Source: Octopus sinensis
Taxonomy: Eukaryota
Assembly (NCBI RefSeq): GCF_006345805.1
Contig: NC_043010.1
Coordinates: 496,001-560,000 of the forward strand
Direction: 5' to 3'
DNA length: 64,000 nucleotides
The notes below the pieces were generated by a model, which saw nothing but the letters and a program-made list of their open reading frames with translations, had not been told where the DNA came from and searched no databases. Of the stretch, positions 13,283 to 25,902 are shown piece after piece. The translations under genes were made by a program, and so were the position numbers. The first letter of the stretch is position 1. Every line of letters starts with the position of its first letter.

Positions 13283-13611
13283 TGTATGTATGTATGTATG
13301 TATGTATGTATGAATGTATATAAATGTATATAGAAGCAATTACGTAGATAAACAAGTTAAATATAAGAGCTTGGGTTTGCTATAAAAAATATGTATACAA
13401 GCAAAATGAGAAAAAGCAAAGACTTTTGACTTTCAGATGATGAATATCTTTATATATAAATCTAAAGATATTTGTATCATTAGATGAAGCTTTCACAGAA
13501 AAAAAGGTAAAATGTATACAGAAACATACATCTGAAGAATTACTAAAAGATGTCTTATGTGTTTCTGTAACATCTATTAAGAAATGAAACATATGTAATT
13601 CTTTTTTATTT

Positions 13612-13845
13612 CTTTTTTGATTTGTTTCAGTAGTTTTGCTTGTGGCCATGCTGGAGCACCACTTTTAGTCAAACAAATCAACCCCAGTACTTATTCTGTT
13701 GGTCTTTTGGCCAAATCATTAAGTTATGGATCCGTAAACACACCAACACTGATTGTCAAGTGATAGTAGGGAGACAAACACAGATATACAAATACACACA
13801 CACACATACACACACACACACACAACACACACACACCACACACAA

Positions 13846-13876
<31 letters not shown>

Positions 13877-14042
13877 CATAACAGGCTTCTTTCAGTTTCA
13901 GTCTACCAAATCCATTCACAAGGCTTTGGTCAGCTCGAGGCTATAGTAGAAGACACTTGACCCATGTGCCATGCTGTGGGACTGAACCTGGAACCATGTG
14001 GTGGGAAAGAAAGCTACTTACCACACAGCCACTCCTATGCCT
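13612..14042 (-). mobile_element. SINE family A, full-length
   Basis: tggccatgctggagcacc tail; cttaccacacagccactcctatgcct head end. Confidence 0.92.
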
Positions 14043-14304
14043 CACAGTCATGGAATGAATTACAGATTTTCCAATCTTCTGTTTTGTCATGCAATTGCTC
14101 CACAAAAAGAAATGTCCAGTATTTTTCAGTATTTTCAAATCTCATAAAAAATATAAATCTACAAATATACTTTGGAGTACTAAAACATGCAGATGTTTTT
14201 CATGAGGTCACATTATAATACTATCTACATACCATATACACATACATACATACATACAAACACACACATATATATACATACATATATATATATATATATA
14301 TAGT

Positions 14305-14339
<35 letters not shown>

Positions 14340-14432
14340 AACCAAACATGAACAAAGAGAAAACACAACAACGTGAGGACATGGAACAAGTATAGTGTTA
14401 TTGGATGCTCAGGAAAGGAAAGAAAGAAGGAG

Positions 14433-14470
14433 GATTTAACGTTTCGAGCGGAGCTCTTTGTCAGAAATAT
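14433..14470 (-). ncRNA. Minimal hammerhead-like motif inside a ~230-bp repeat next to (TA)n (14340-14570)
   Basis: Minus strand: AUUU-CUGACAAA-GAGC(UCC)GCUC-GAAAC-GUU-AAAU; G8 replaced by A, consistent with CpG decay. Confidence 0.5.
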
Positions 14471-14644
14471 AGAAAAAAGGAAAAGTGCAAGGAAGGGAAG
14501 CCAGAGAAAGAAAATCGCCAACGATACACATGTGGTCACATATTGAAAAATGGATATATATTGAATGTATATATACATATGTGTGTTTTGACATAGTGTT
14601 TACTGCTGAATGACCTTCCCAGCAGAGTAGAGTGCTTTTTAACT

Positions 14645-14860
14645 AACCTCACCGGTTCTTGTGCCACATAAAAAGCACTCTGTCTTCTCTACTGGGCGGT
14701 TGGTGTTAGGAACGGCATCCAGTTTTAAAAACTGTGCCAAAAACAGATGCAGAAGTCTGGTGCAGGCTCCTACCGGGCCAGCTCCTGTTAAACCATCCAA
14801 CCCATGCCAGCATGGAAGGCAGATGTGAAACAATGATAATGATGATGATGATGATGATAT
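14645..14860 (+). mobile_element. RTE LINE 3' tail (family B)
   Basis: gtgccacataaaaagcac..ggcatccag..ccatgccagcatggaa..(GAT)n. Confidence 0.88.
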
Positions 14861-14896
14861 TTACATGCTGCATATCTGTTTATATAGATAGGTAGG

Positions 14897-14985
<89 letters not shown>

Positions 14986-15209
14986 AGACAGATAGTTAGA
15001 TAGTTACATACATGCATAAACTCCTTTACAAACATTCTAAATTAGATATTTAAGTTTTTCCTTTAGAAAACATTTGTGTGTGTATATATATACATATATA
15101 TATATAACATATATATAACATATATATATATATATAACATATATAAACACATATACACTCAAACATATTAATATATACACAGAGACAAATATACATCAAT
15201 ATTATATAT

Positions 15210-15505
15210 ATATGGTTAGAGATTCAAGCTTATGATCGTGAGGTTGTGAGCTCGAATCTCAGACCGGGCTGCATGTTGTGTTCTTGAGCAAGACACTTTA
15301 TTTCACGTTGCTCCAGTTCACTCAGCTGTAGAAATGAGTTGCGACATCACAGGTGCCAAGCTGTATCGGCCCTTGCTTTTCCCTTGGATAACACTGGTGG
15401 CGTGGAGAGGTCTTCTGTAAACAACCTTGCCTGGACTTGTGCCTGGGAGGGTAATTTTCTACGTGCAATTCTATGGTCAGTGTCATGACTGAAGGGGGTT
15501 TCAGA
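15210..15505 (+). mobile_element. tRNA-derived SINE (family D), with a ~33-bp internal deletion
   Basis: Collinear with 60180-60520; B-box gagctcgaatctc; central cttgagcaagacactttatttcacgttgctccag domain. Confidence 0.88.
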
Positions 15506-16304
15506 ATATATATATATATATACATATATATACATGTATATGTATATCTATATGCAGGTGCATATGTATGTCTATGTTTATCTCTTACTGCTTGACAACA
15601 TTTTAAGAATGTGTATATAACTTACTGGTTTGGCCAGAAGAGACCAACACTATGCACCAAAATTAAAAATTGTGCTGAGATAAACTTGATTGAAGAACTT
15701 CCTAAAAGCTGCAGCTCAACAAGTAAAAAATAAGTACATGCACACACACACGCGTGCACACACACACACGCACACATGTAAGTGTCTAAAAAAATTGAAA
15801 CTCGAGTTGTAAGACAAACTTCTAGCTTTAGATTCCATAAAACCACATATCCTCTACAATATGCATGTATTGAGCACTCATCTCATATTTGTTCAACACA
15901 AAGCAACCTACACACACACACACATATATGTTCAAACATGTACACTATATAAAGTATGCATACAGCCAGACTAACACATGTATTCAAATACTCACATGCA
16001 TTATATTATATTTATTTATGCAGCGTCGTCCATTAAGGCCATTTTTTTGTGCAAGTACAGAAAACTTGAAACATGGACAATCTCTTGTTTTAGTTAAAAT
16101 TATCATTTTAAGTGTTACAAGTTATATAAATTTTATGTATTTCAAGTGGAAAGCGTTTGGAGCGAATGGAAACCTAACAAAAGCTGAAACAGAGAAGAAG
16201 AATGTGGTTCGTTAATCCATCATATGACAAAATGTTCAACGCATGTTAGCTTGGAAAGCATATATAAAATGTTGACAATAAATATGGTGATCACGAGGAT
16301 GATG

Positions 16305-16422
16305 AAGGATGATGAGGATGGGGATAATGATGATGATGATGATGATGATGATGACGACAATGATGACGACAACAATGATGGCGATGATGACTATGATGAT
16401 GATGTTAATGATGATGATGATG

Positions 16423-16464
<42 letters not shown>

Positions 16465-16495
16465 GTAATGATCATGATAATGATGATGATGATGA
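16305..16495. repeat. Compound (GAT)/(GAC)/(AAT) microsatellite
   Basis: Direct reading. Confidence 0.95.
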
Positions 16496-16829
16496 TTTTC
16501 GTGCTTTCCACTGGTTGCCCATCCCTAAGCATCCTGTTTCTATTTGCTGTAAGTCTTCAGCCTGTTGCAATGCAGCATTAATAAATTATTTAATTATGTT
16601 ACTAATAATCATTGTAAATGTCTTTAGTTTGAATCGAAGAGGAATGTGGTAGAGAAAGAGAAAATGAGAGAAAACATAAGATATATACACTTTAGACTTA
16701 AAGCTTTAAAATCATACATACATATAGATATATATATCTTTACTTTAATTACCTTTTGGTACATTCACTTATTTATACATACATATATACACGCATATTT
16801 ACACATACAGTCATACATACATACATACA

Positions 16830-17043
16830 GGATGGCCGTCCACTCGTGACCAAGGAAGACCATTGCCGACCTTCAGGAACATTGTGCACTCTAGGACTAA
16901 CTTATATTTTGCATTTGTGGCTACGTTGGTGGCTAATGAGCCCTGCTCTTGACAAGCATACATGACTGCAAACATTGCAGACCAAGCTTTCCCCATTCAC
17001 TATACGAGCCGTGCGCTTTCGTGCAGCTCTCTTCATGCTGGAT
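16830..17043 (-). mobile_element. 3' end of an RTE/BovB-like LINE with C-terminal C2H2 zinc finger, embedded in (TACA)n
   Basis: KRAARKRTAR..LVCNVCSHVCLSRAGLISHQRSH* followed by a ~70-nt 3' UTR; fits the KRxxRK..CxxC..SRxGLxSHxRxH ending of this clade. Confidence 0.8.
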
Positions 17044-17300
17044 ACATACATACATACATACATACATACATACATACATACATACATACATACATACACA
17101 CACACATACATACATGCATACATACATACATACATACATACATACATACATGCATACATACATACATACATACATACATACACACATACATGCATGCATA
17201 CATACATACATACATACATACATACATACATACATACATACATACATGCATGCATACATACGTACATACATACATACATACAAACATACATACAAACATA
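17044..17300. repeat. (TACA)n microsatellite
   Basis: Direct reading. Confidence 0.95.
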
Positions 17301-17311
17301 GCAAAACAGAT

Positions 17312-17480
17312 TTTTTATGACCAGATGCCCTTCTTGTCACCAACCTGACCTACTTACAAGCAAGCTAATACTTTCCCATGGTCACACACGTTCTCTCAGA
17401 ATATTGGAAATGAGTGACATTACTCGTATGACAGTGATAACAATTTTACAACCATCATGTCTAGACAAGGAGACAGAAAC
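17312..17480 (-). mobile_element. Family C tail (shares its 3' core with the RTE tail)
   Basis: gatgcccttcttgtcaccaacc..caagcaagctaatactttcccatgg; homologous to 27500-27720, 29280-29500, 39340-39585. Confidence 0.8.
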
Positions 17481-17804
17481 ATCCACACATACATGCATAC
17501 ACACACACTCATTCACACTCATTCATACACACACACACATTTATGTGGGAACATTTTATTAATAAACTTTATAAGCCAAGTATGTTAGTATTTTACAGAG
17601 AAGAAAATAAGTTTCAAACCCAGTACAACTGCGAAAACAGTCAAGAAATTACGCTGCAGATTCGATCTTAAATATATTTAAAGTCATTTCACATTCAGCT
17701 TGTTATGTACTAAAGCTATAGTAGAGGACTTTTGTTGAAGATGCTTCACAAACGGACTGAACTCAAAACCTCATGGTTGCAAAGCATGCTTCTTAACCAT
17801 ACAG

Positions 17805-17849
<45 letters not shown>

Positions 17850-18243
17850 TGTATGTAAATACGTACATACATATATATATATACATACATACAAACAAAC
17901 ACAGACACACACAATTACATACATACATACATACATGCATGCATGCATACATACATACATACATACATACATACATACACACATACATACATACACACAC
18001 ACACAACATACATACATACATGATGTTGTTGTCATATGTAAATAGGATTTTATAGCCAGATTAAAATGTTGCTCAGTCAGTCGTAAGTATCTCCAGTCTC
18101 CATTGATGTGTACAATTGACTGGAAAAGAGATTGAGTGAATTCATAAGTCCAGATATTTAATCGTATTTAGCTTAGGGAAAAAAAAACATGAAAGAACAT
18201 ATGTATATATACAAATGGGAATTTATACATGCATGTATACATA

Positions 18244-18445
18244 TAGGTGTAGGAGTGGCTGTATGGTAAGTATAGGCATAGGAGTCGTTGTGTGGTAAGT
18301 AGCCTGCTTACGCTTACGAACCACATGGTTCCGGGTTCAGTCCCACTGCGTGGCACCTTGGGCAAGTGTCTTCTACTATAGCCTCAGGCCGACCAAAGCC
18401 CTATGAGTGGATTTGGTAGACGGAAACTGAAAGAAGCCCGTCGTA
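18244..18445 (+). mobile_element. SINE family A head with tandemly duplicated 5' end
   Basis: ataggtgtaggagtggctgtatggtaagt followed by ataggcataggagtcgttgtgtggtaagt, then a normal head. Confidence 0.88.
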
Positions 18446-18584
18446 TATATGTATATATATATGTATGTGTGTGTGTATACGTTTGTATGCATATGTATGA
18501 CTATCTATCTATTCATCTGTCAGTGTGCTTTTCTTTCAACACACACACACATATATATATATTATATATATATATATATATATA

Positions 18585-18627
<43 letters not shown>

Positions 18628-18859
18628 GTATATTTGCCACTTAAATGTGGCTAACCACTAAGGGTGGATGCTGCTGTAGCTTGTAGTCCCAGGAGAACAT
18701 CTCCAGCTGGCTATTGACACACTTTCTGTGCTCTATCAGTATTTGCAAAAGGAAGCCATCCTTCTCATCGTCAACCTGATGTGAAATGCATGGACCTAGG
18801 TTTCTGGGTATTTACCCATCATCAGCGCACGACAATCACCGGTCTTCGATTTGAAGGGG

Positions 18860-19442
18860 TTCCAATCCAAATACATATATCCTGTTTCCAGTGATGAAAA
18901 GTCACTGATTTTGGTGGGATATGAAGTGTTTAGTCCACTCTGAACTTTCAAACCTAAGCCAAATGATAACAAAGGAGATCTGCTACAAGCAACTTGAGTG
19001 GCTTAAGTCAGCACTAGAACAAAAATGACCATCTTTGGTTTCAAGACAAGAGGTGTTCTCCCATCAGGATAATGCCTGGCCACATAGAACGAGAATGACA
19101 TTTAAAAGGCTGGAGTAGTTTAAATGGGAAACGATGCCCCACCCACTATATTCACTGGACATTTCCCCATATGATTATCATTTACTCCACAGTCTTCAAA
19201 ATAATTTGGACGTAAAAAATATGAATTCTGTAGACGAGGTCAGAACAGTACTGGGGGAGGATTTTTTGTCACAAACAAATGAATTTTGGAAGATGGGCCT
19301 TGCAAGAGTACCAGAAAGATGGAAGAGCATTGTAGAAAATGAAGGAGAGTATATTTTAGATTAAAAAAGAACTTTCTTCATCTTAATTTTGAAGAATGAA
19401 AGAAATATAAAAAAAACACATTATTTATGGAATGATCCAATA
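18860..19442 (+). mobile_element. mariner (D,D34D) transposon, 5'-truncated relic with 3' TIR
   Basis: One frame 18912-19364 with two stops: WWDMK..HQDNAWPH..WETMPHPLYSLDISPYDYHL..PERWKSIVENEGEY; 34 residues between the 2nd and 3rd Asp; ends cattatttatggaatgatccaaTA. Confidence 0.93.
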
Positions 19443-19770
19443 TTTTAATTTTTAGTTTTTGTTCAATTCTAGATTATTGCTTAAGAAATATAAATTGAAT
19501 TTATGTTTATGAAATTCTATGTGTACATGGGTGTGTACATAATTTAAATGTATGTGAGTGTATGAATGTATATATTATGTGCAGGTGTATGTATATATTT
19601 AATCAGATATTCATAGATATATGAATATATGATTAAACATGTGCTTATACATCAACACACACACACACACACACACACGCGCATGCACATACATATATTT
19701 TTAAAGAGAGAAATTGGCAGAGAGGCAGAGGGATTGATAGAGAGAGAGAGAGAGATTGATATATACATAT

Positions 19771-20818
19771 AGAAGTAGTTGATAGTTTCTGTTACCTAGG
19801 TGACCAAGTCAGTAGTGGGGAAGGGTGCACTGAAAGTGTAGCTGCTAGAATAAGAATAACCCAGGCAAAGTTCAGAGAGCTCTTACCTCTGCTGGTGACA
19901 AAGGGCCTCTTGCTCAGAGTAAAAGGTAGACTGTATGATGCATGCGTATGAAAAGCCATGCTACATGGCAGTGAAACATGGGCCTTGACTGCTGAGGGCA
20001 TGCGTAAGCTCACAAGGAATGAAGCCAGTATGCTCTGATGGATGTGTAATGTCAGTGTGCATACTCGACAGAGTGTAAGTACCTTGAGAGAAAAGTTGGA
20101 CCTAAGAAGCATCAGATGTGGTGTGCAAGAGAGACAACTGCACTGGTATGGCCATGTGGTGAGAATGGATGAGGATAGCTGTGTGAAAAAGTGCCACACC
20201 CTAGTGGTTGAGGGAACCTGTGGAAGAGGTAGACCCAAGAAGACCTGGGATGAGATGGTGAAGCATGACCTTCGAACATTAGGCCTCACCAAGGCAATGA
20301 CTAGTGACTGAGACCTTTGGAAATATGCTGTGCTTGAGAAGACCTGGCAAGCCAAGTGAGACCATAACCTCATGGCCTATGCCAGGGGCATAACCGGCCC
20401 ACTTATGCATACCTTTCCTTCATTGGACACTAAACTCTGCTTGCGAAGACCTATTGAGGTAAGTGAAATCGAAATCAAATTTGATGACTGGCATCCGTGC
20501 TAGTGGAGCACTAAGAGCACCATCCGAGTGTCATCGTTGCCAGAGCAGCAAACTGGCTTCTGTGCAGGTGGCATGTAAAAAACACCATTTGAGCATGGCC
20601 GTTGCCTGTACTACCTGACTGGCCCTCGTGCCGGTGGCATGTAAAAGCACCCACTACACTCTCGGAATGGTTGGCACTAGGAAGGGCATCTAGCTGTAGA
20701 AACTCTGCCAGGTCAGATTGGAGCCAGGTGCAGCCATCTGGTTTGCCAGTCGTCAGTCAAATTGTCCAACCCATGCTAGCATGGAAAGCGGACTTTAAAC
20801 GATGATGATGATGATGAT
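19771..20818 (+). mobile_element. RTE-clade LINE, 5'-truncated (ORF C-terminus 19772-20359, 3' UTR, (GAT)n tail)
   Basis: Single frame with three premature stops: EVVDSFCYLG..MLHGSETW..LHWYGHVVRM..GRGRPKKTW; UTR ends catggaaagcggactttaaac(gat)n. Confidence 0.95.
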
Positions 20819-22432
20819 AAATTGTTAAATAAACAGAGAGACAGGTAAATAGATAGATACACAATATATATATATATATTGTAAAGAACAAATAACACAT
20901 ACATAAAAAGACATAAACACTTACATAAATACGTACACACACTTGTAACCACACAGATACACACACACACTTGCATACACACACATACATGCATATGTAC
21001 ACTCACACGTATATTTAGAAGGATAAATATTTATATACCTTCTTGCTCCATGCAAAAATGTGATAAATAGTCTGATGCTTGACATTTTGTGATCATTGCT
21101 CAGCTTCAATAGGTGATTAGTGACATTGAACTGAGCAGAAAGGGGGGAGAAGGGGGGTGGGGGTGTTGTTGTGACATAGAACACTTTCTCCCCCGAGGGC
21201 ATTACTGGTGCTGCATGTGATGTGCAAAAGAGCTAAACTTCTGTGATGAAGATTTTCTTTTTCAGACTTTGTTGCAAAGTAGGAGGTGAAGAACATCAAC
21301 GAATGCTCTGTGCTGCCCTCTGAAATGGAAAAAGAAAACAAAATACACACACAACACATAAACATACACACATATAAAATACAGCAAAAATGCCCACCAA
21401 AGACAAACAAACAACAAATAATCACATATACGCATGCGTACATAATGCATATCCTCAAACTCGTATAAATACCTAAAAGCAATAACAGTAGGTTTCACTT
21501 TCTCACTGTCTTGACTCTCTCCTCCATTTCTCCTGGATATACATACATATATAAATACATACATACACATATATATATATATATACATGCATATATATCT
21601 ATCTATATATATATATTATATATACATATATGCAAGTATGTACGTGTGTAGTCTGTGCTTTGTAGCTTACGTGCATAAACAATAAGGTATTCACAAAAGA
21701 AGCATCTGATAATGTCTGTAGGATCCCTCTTCGTATGTTGATGTGTGCGTTTGTGTGCATATAACTATGTGGGATTAAACACATTGTTACCCAGATGCCC
21801 ACGCATGCAAACACATATGTACACACACACACACACACACATGATGATGTGGTTTCTTATGTTGATTTGATTTTACAAGTTCTTTTTCTTTGTCAGCAGG
21901 TGGAGACTATGTGTGTTGCTGCTTTTGTGTATTGTCTTTTTATTTTTCATGTTTGCTTTTTTATTTCTTTATAATTTAGATTAGAAGCCTTGTTCAATGT
22001 ATGAGCTCATTGTGAGGTCCATTGAACCAATCATTAGTTCAATGTATTATTGAAGGTGACAAAAGACTTTTAAAAGCTTGCATTTCATTGGCTGAGATTA
22101 TACCAATTGTAGCTTCAGTAAGCTTATTCCATACGTTAGAGTGCAAAATGCTGCCAGCCAATGTGTTGGTTTTGGCACCAATAAAATGAAGAAGGCGTGT
22201 ACAGAGATGAATGTACTAATCTTTTTACAATGAAGATTACTTATGTATTATGGTGGAAGCTGTATAGTTTAAAATTCTAGTAGACTGTAGCTTGGGTTCC
22301 CTTTATACAGTGTGAAAGTAGTGTCAGTGAAGTTATAGTTTAAAGAAAGTGAAAATTGATATTTGTAAAACTTCTGCCCATTTGGGTATGAGATGCTGTG
22401 ACACAGGCACTTTGGTGCCTCCTATTTGGCAT

Positions 22433-22534
22433 TGCTAACTCATTCAATGCTAACTCATTCATGCTAACTCATTCAATGCTAACTCATTCAATGCTAACTC
22501 ATTCAATGCTAACTCATTCAATGCTAACTCATTT
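22433..22534 (+). repeat. 15-bp minisatellite (TGCTAACTCATTCAA) x~7
   Basis: Units at 22433, 22448, 22462, 22477, 22492, 22507, 22522. Confidence 0.95.
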
Positions 22535-22551
22535 GATATTAAAATGTTTTG

Positions 22552-23195
22552 ACCCTTTAGAGTTCAGATTGTTTTGTCAAATGTAATTCACATTATTTTG
22601 AATTAATTATGCATTACCTTGTAGCTAAGACATTTTCGTCATGTGATTGCTTAGTTTTATGGCTGCGTAGTAAGTAGTAATAGGCGTAGGAGTGGCTGTG
22701 TGGTAAGTAGCTTGCTTACCAACCACATGGTTCTGGGTTCAGTCCCACAGCATGGCACCTTGGGCAAGTGTCTTCTACTATAGCCTCAGGCCGACCAAAG
22801 CCTTGTGAGTGGATTTGGTTGATGGAAACTGAAAGAAGCCCATCGTATGTGTTTATATATATATATATATTTGTATGTATATGTTTGTGTGTCTGTGTTT
22901 GTCCCCCCAACATCGCTTGATAACCGATGCTGGTGTGTTTATCTCCCTGTAAATTAGCAGTTCGGCAAAAGAGACCGATAGAATAAGTACTAGGCTTACA
23001 AAGAGTAAGTCTTGGGATCGATCTGCTCGACTAAAGGTGGTGCTCCAGCATGGCCACAGTCAAATGACTGAAACAAGTAAAAGAGTAAAAGTGTAAAAGA
23101 GATAGGTGTGAGGGTGCAGACCTGGCCAGTTTCAACATAAAACAGGTTGAACGTTTAGGCCAGGTATGGATGGTTCACAATGCTTAAGTGTTGAT
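22552..23195. mobile_element. Family E MITE split by a SINE A insertion
   Basis: 22552-22660 matches the left half and 23100-23195 the right half of the 2066-2283 MITE. Confidence 0.7.
22680..23100 (+). mobile_element. SINE family A, full-length reference copy
   Basis: tRNA-like head (tggctgtgtggtaag..ggttctgggttcagtccc), caccttgggcaagtgtctt CORE-like block, TA/TG hinge, tail ending gactgaaacaagtaaaagag. Confidence 0.95.
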
Positions 23196-23992
23196 ACTTT
23201 CTTATTCTCAGCCTCCCCCCTCTCTCCCCCCTCTCTATCTCACTCTGGATGTGCTTGTGTGTTTGCCACTCATGACAAAGCTGTTACCAAAAGAGGCTCA
23301 CTGTTCAAGCAGCTCTACCAATTCACCAGCATCCAAACAACCATGTTCAACTGAATCATCGGTTCATTGTGGTGTCATTTTTGACTAGCAAAATATATGT
23401 CCAATGCTTGCTTGCCGGGATTCTAACTTTGGTTGGAAGCTACATTAAAAGGGTTTTTGCCACACAATATGTATACACTATTATTTATAGCTTCATGTGA
23501 GTGCTCCAAAATAGCAGCTAGTATATATGTATATATATATATACATATATTATCTGATGCGCAACTACCAAGTATATATATGTTCATACATACTTGGTAG
23601 TGGGATGATGAAAATTGTATGCTGAAAAATAAATCAAACAGCATTTCAACTCTGTGAATATATATATGTAAAAGGGGGATATGTGAATGTGTGTGCGTGT
23701 GTGTGTGTGTGTGTGTGTTTGTGGTTGTGTGTGTGTGTGTGTGCGCGTGTGTGTGTGTGTGTGTGTGTGCATACGCAATGGAAGTGGGATGGTTCACCTT
23801 TGTTCCCTAAGTATTTGGGTTTATTTTTTGATTTGGTTGAATCCTGGTTGTTTTTTTTGTTTTTTTTATTGGACAGTTACTTTTAGCATTTTGGCAGAAA
23901 AATATGATTCTAAAGTTGTTTTTTAACTAAGCGTACCCAAACAAGTTGAATGCTTACACAGAGTAGGTTTTACATCCACATCATCCAAACTG

Positions 23993-24020
23993 ACCGGGTG
24001 AAACCGGGGTTAGCTGCTAG
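23993..24020 (+). mobile_element. Helitron-like 3' terminus
   Basis: ACCGG-GTGAAA-CCGGG hairpin followed shortly by CTAG|T. Confidence 0.6.
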
Positions 24021-24177
24021 TATATGTATATATATATACAGATAAATAGATAGATAGATAATATGTCATAGCAATGATTACCTGTTGAGATGGTTTGCTC
24101 TCTCAATGTTTAAACACTTTATTTTGATAAACGAAAATTGCACAAAGTTCATCTTTGTCCAATTACTATGTGTAGTG

Positions 24178-24208
<31 letters not shown>

Positions 24209-24949
24209 TGTGCGTGCGTGTGTGTGTGTGTGCGCGCGCGTGTGTGTGTGCGTGTGTGTGTGCATGCATATCCATGAATAAGGCTTGCTTAAAGTCATTA
24301 ACCTTTCAACCAGAAATGTCATCTGTCAGAAGTCACTCAACGGCTGATTTATTGGTTAGCAAAAAAAAAAAAAAGAAAGAAATAATTGAAACCAACATAG
24401 TTTCGCTAACTGCTGTTGTATTGTTATTTTATTTGCTGTGGTTGTCATCATTGTTGTTGGTATTCTGTTGTTGTTTTTGTTATTGATCTTAATGATGTCC
24501 CAATTATAAAACAGATGAACACATTATCAAAAACCTCATAAAACAGAACAGAATCTACATTATTATTATTATTATTATTACACCAGATCAGAAACCAGCG
24601 CTAATAAAACTACAACTACTACAAAAAAACACTCAAGAGAGTTGATTAATGATGGAAGCAATCGATACTCCTATCACAGCAGGATGCTAAAATATAGACT
24701 GTATAAACAACATGCACTAAACACCACAAACACAAACAACCCATGTTGACATCTAGAAGTAATGCTCACTGGGCTGTTGACATATAAATCTAACAGTAAA
24801 AACTCATGCTCCATCAATAATGTTTACATCAATCACATTAAGCCCTTCCTACTTAACTGTATTTTGATGGCATAAAAGATGCATAGGTGTACTCGATGCA
24901 CCCTAATTTCCACAGTAGAGCCAAGTGAGATCCTAGACATGGCCAATGA

Positions 24950-25160
24950 CTGGTTTTATGTAACTGGCACCTGTGCCAGTGGCCCATAAAAAGCACCCAC
25001 TACACTCTTGGAGGGGTTGGCATTAAGAAGGGCATCAAGCTGTAGAAACCATACCAAATCAGATTGGAACCGGGGGGGAAGTTCCCCAGCTTACCAGTTT
25101 TCAGTCAAACCGTCCAACCCATGGCAACATGGAAAATGGACGATGGTGATGATGATGATA
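24950..25160 (+). mobile_element. RTE LINE 3' tail (family B)
   Basis: aaaaagcacccactacactc..gaagggcatcaagctgtagaaa..(GAT)n. Confidence 0.88.
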
Positions 25161-25162
25161 TT

Positions 25163-25480
25163 CAGGAAATGTTGTTCTTCCAAAGCGTCTATGGAGTAAC
25201 ATTACTCAAAAAGGTGCATAAACTGGAGATCAGGGTGTCTCTCCATGTCTAGCCCCTATTTCTCTGCTTTGAAAAGTCACAGCCCTGGTATTATGAACAT
25301 GTGATTAGAATGTTGCAGGAGAGAATTATAAGATCGATTCTTCAAGCCAAGTCAACCAGGAGGTGACCTAGGGTCTAAACCAGGAAAGGGTTGGTTGGGA
25401 TAATATGCAAAGTCTTAGTCAGTCACACCTTGGAGTTCAGCCTGGGAATTTACTGACAGTTGCTTCTGATGAGACCCTAA
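25163..25480 (+). mobile_element. Degenerate RTE-type ORF C-terminal fragment (different, older lineage)
   Basis: QEMLFFQSVYGVTLLKKVHKLEIRVSLHV*PLFLCFEKSQPWYYEHVIRMLQER resembles AEMxFLRRIxGVTxxDxxRxxEIR..IERSQLRWYGHVxRM. Confidence 0.75.
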
Positions 25481-25590
25481 GGAGGAGGTGCCTGTAACAG
25501 TGGAGGGAGAAGATGAATGGGTATATATTCAGGAGAAAAGTTTTTAGTGTAGTAAAGCTTATGGGAGGGCCAACTTCACATATTTATTTT

Positions 25591-25798
25591 ATTCTTTATT
25601 TGTTTCAGTCATTTGACTGTAGCCATGCTGGAGCACTGCCTTTAGTCAAGCAAATTGACCCCAGGGCTTATTCTTTGTAAGCCTAGTACTTATTCTATCG
25701 CCCTCTCTTGCCGAACTGCTAAGTGACATAGACATAAACACACCAGCATTGGTTGATAAGCAATGTTGGTGGGGACAAACACAAATACACAAACATAT

Positions 25799-25842
<44 letters not shown>

Positions 25843-25852
25843 CAATCAATCA

Positions 25853-25902
<50 letters not shown>

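Noticed and set aside
19792-20373. 193-aa minus-strand ORF
   Set aside because: It is the antisense shadow of the RTE coding fragment
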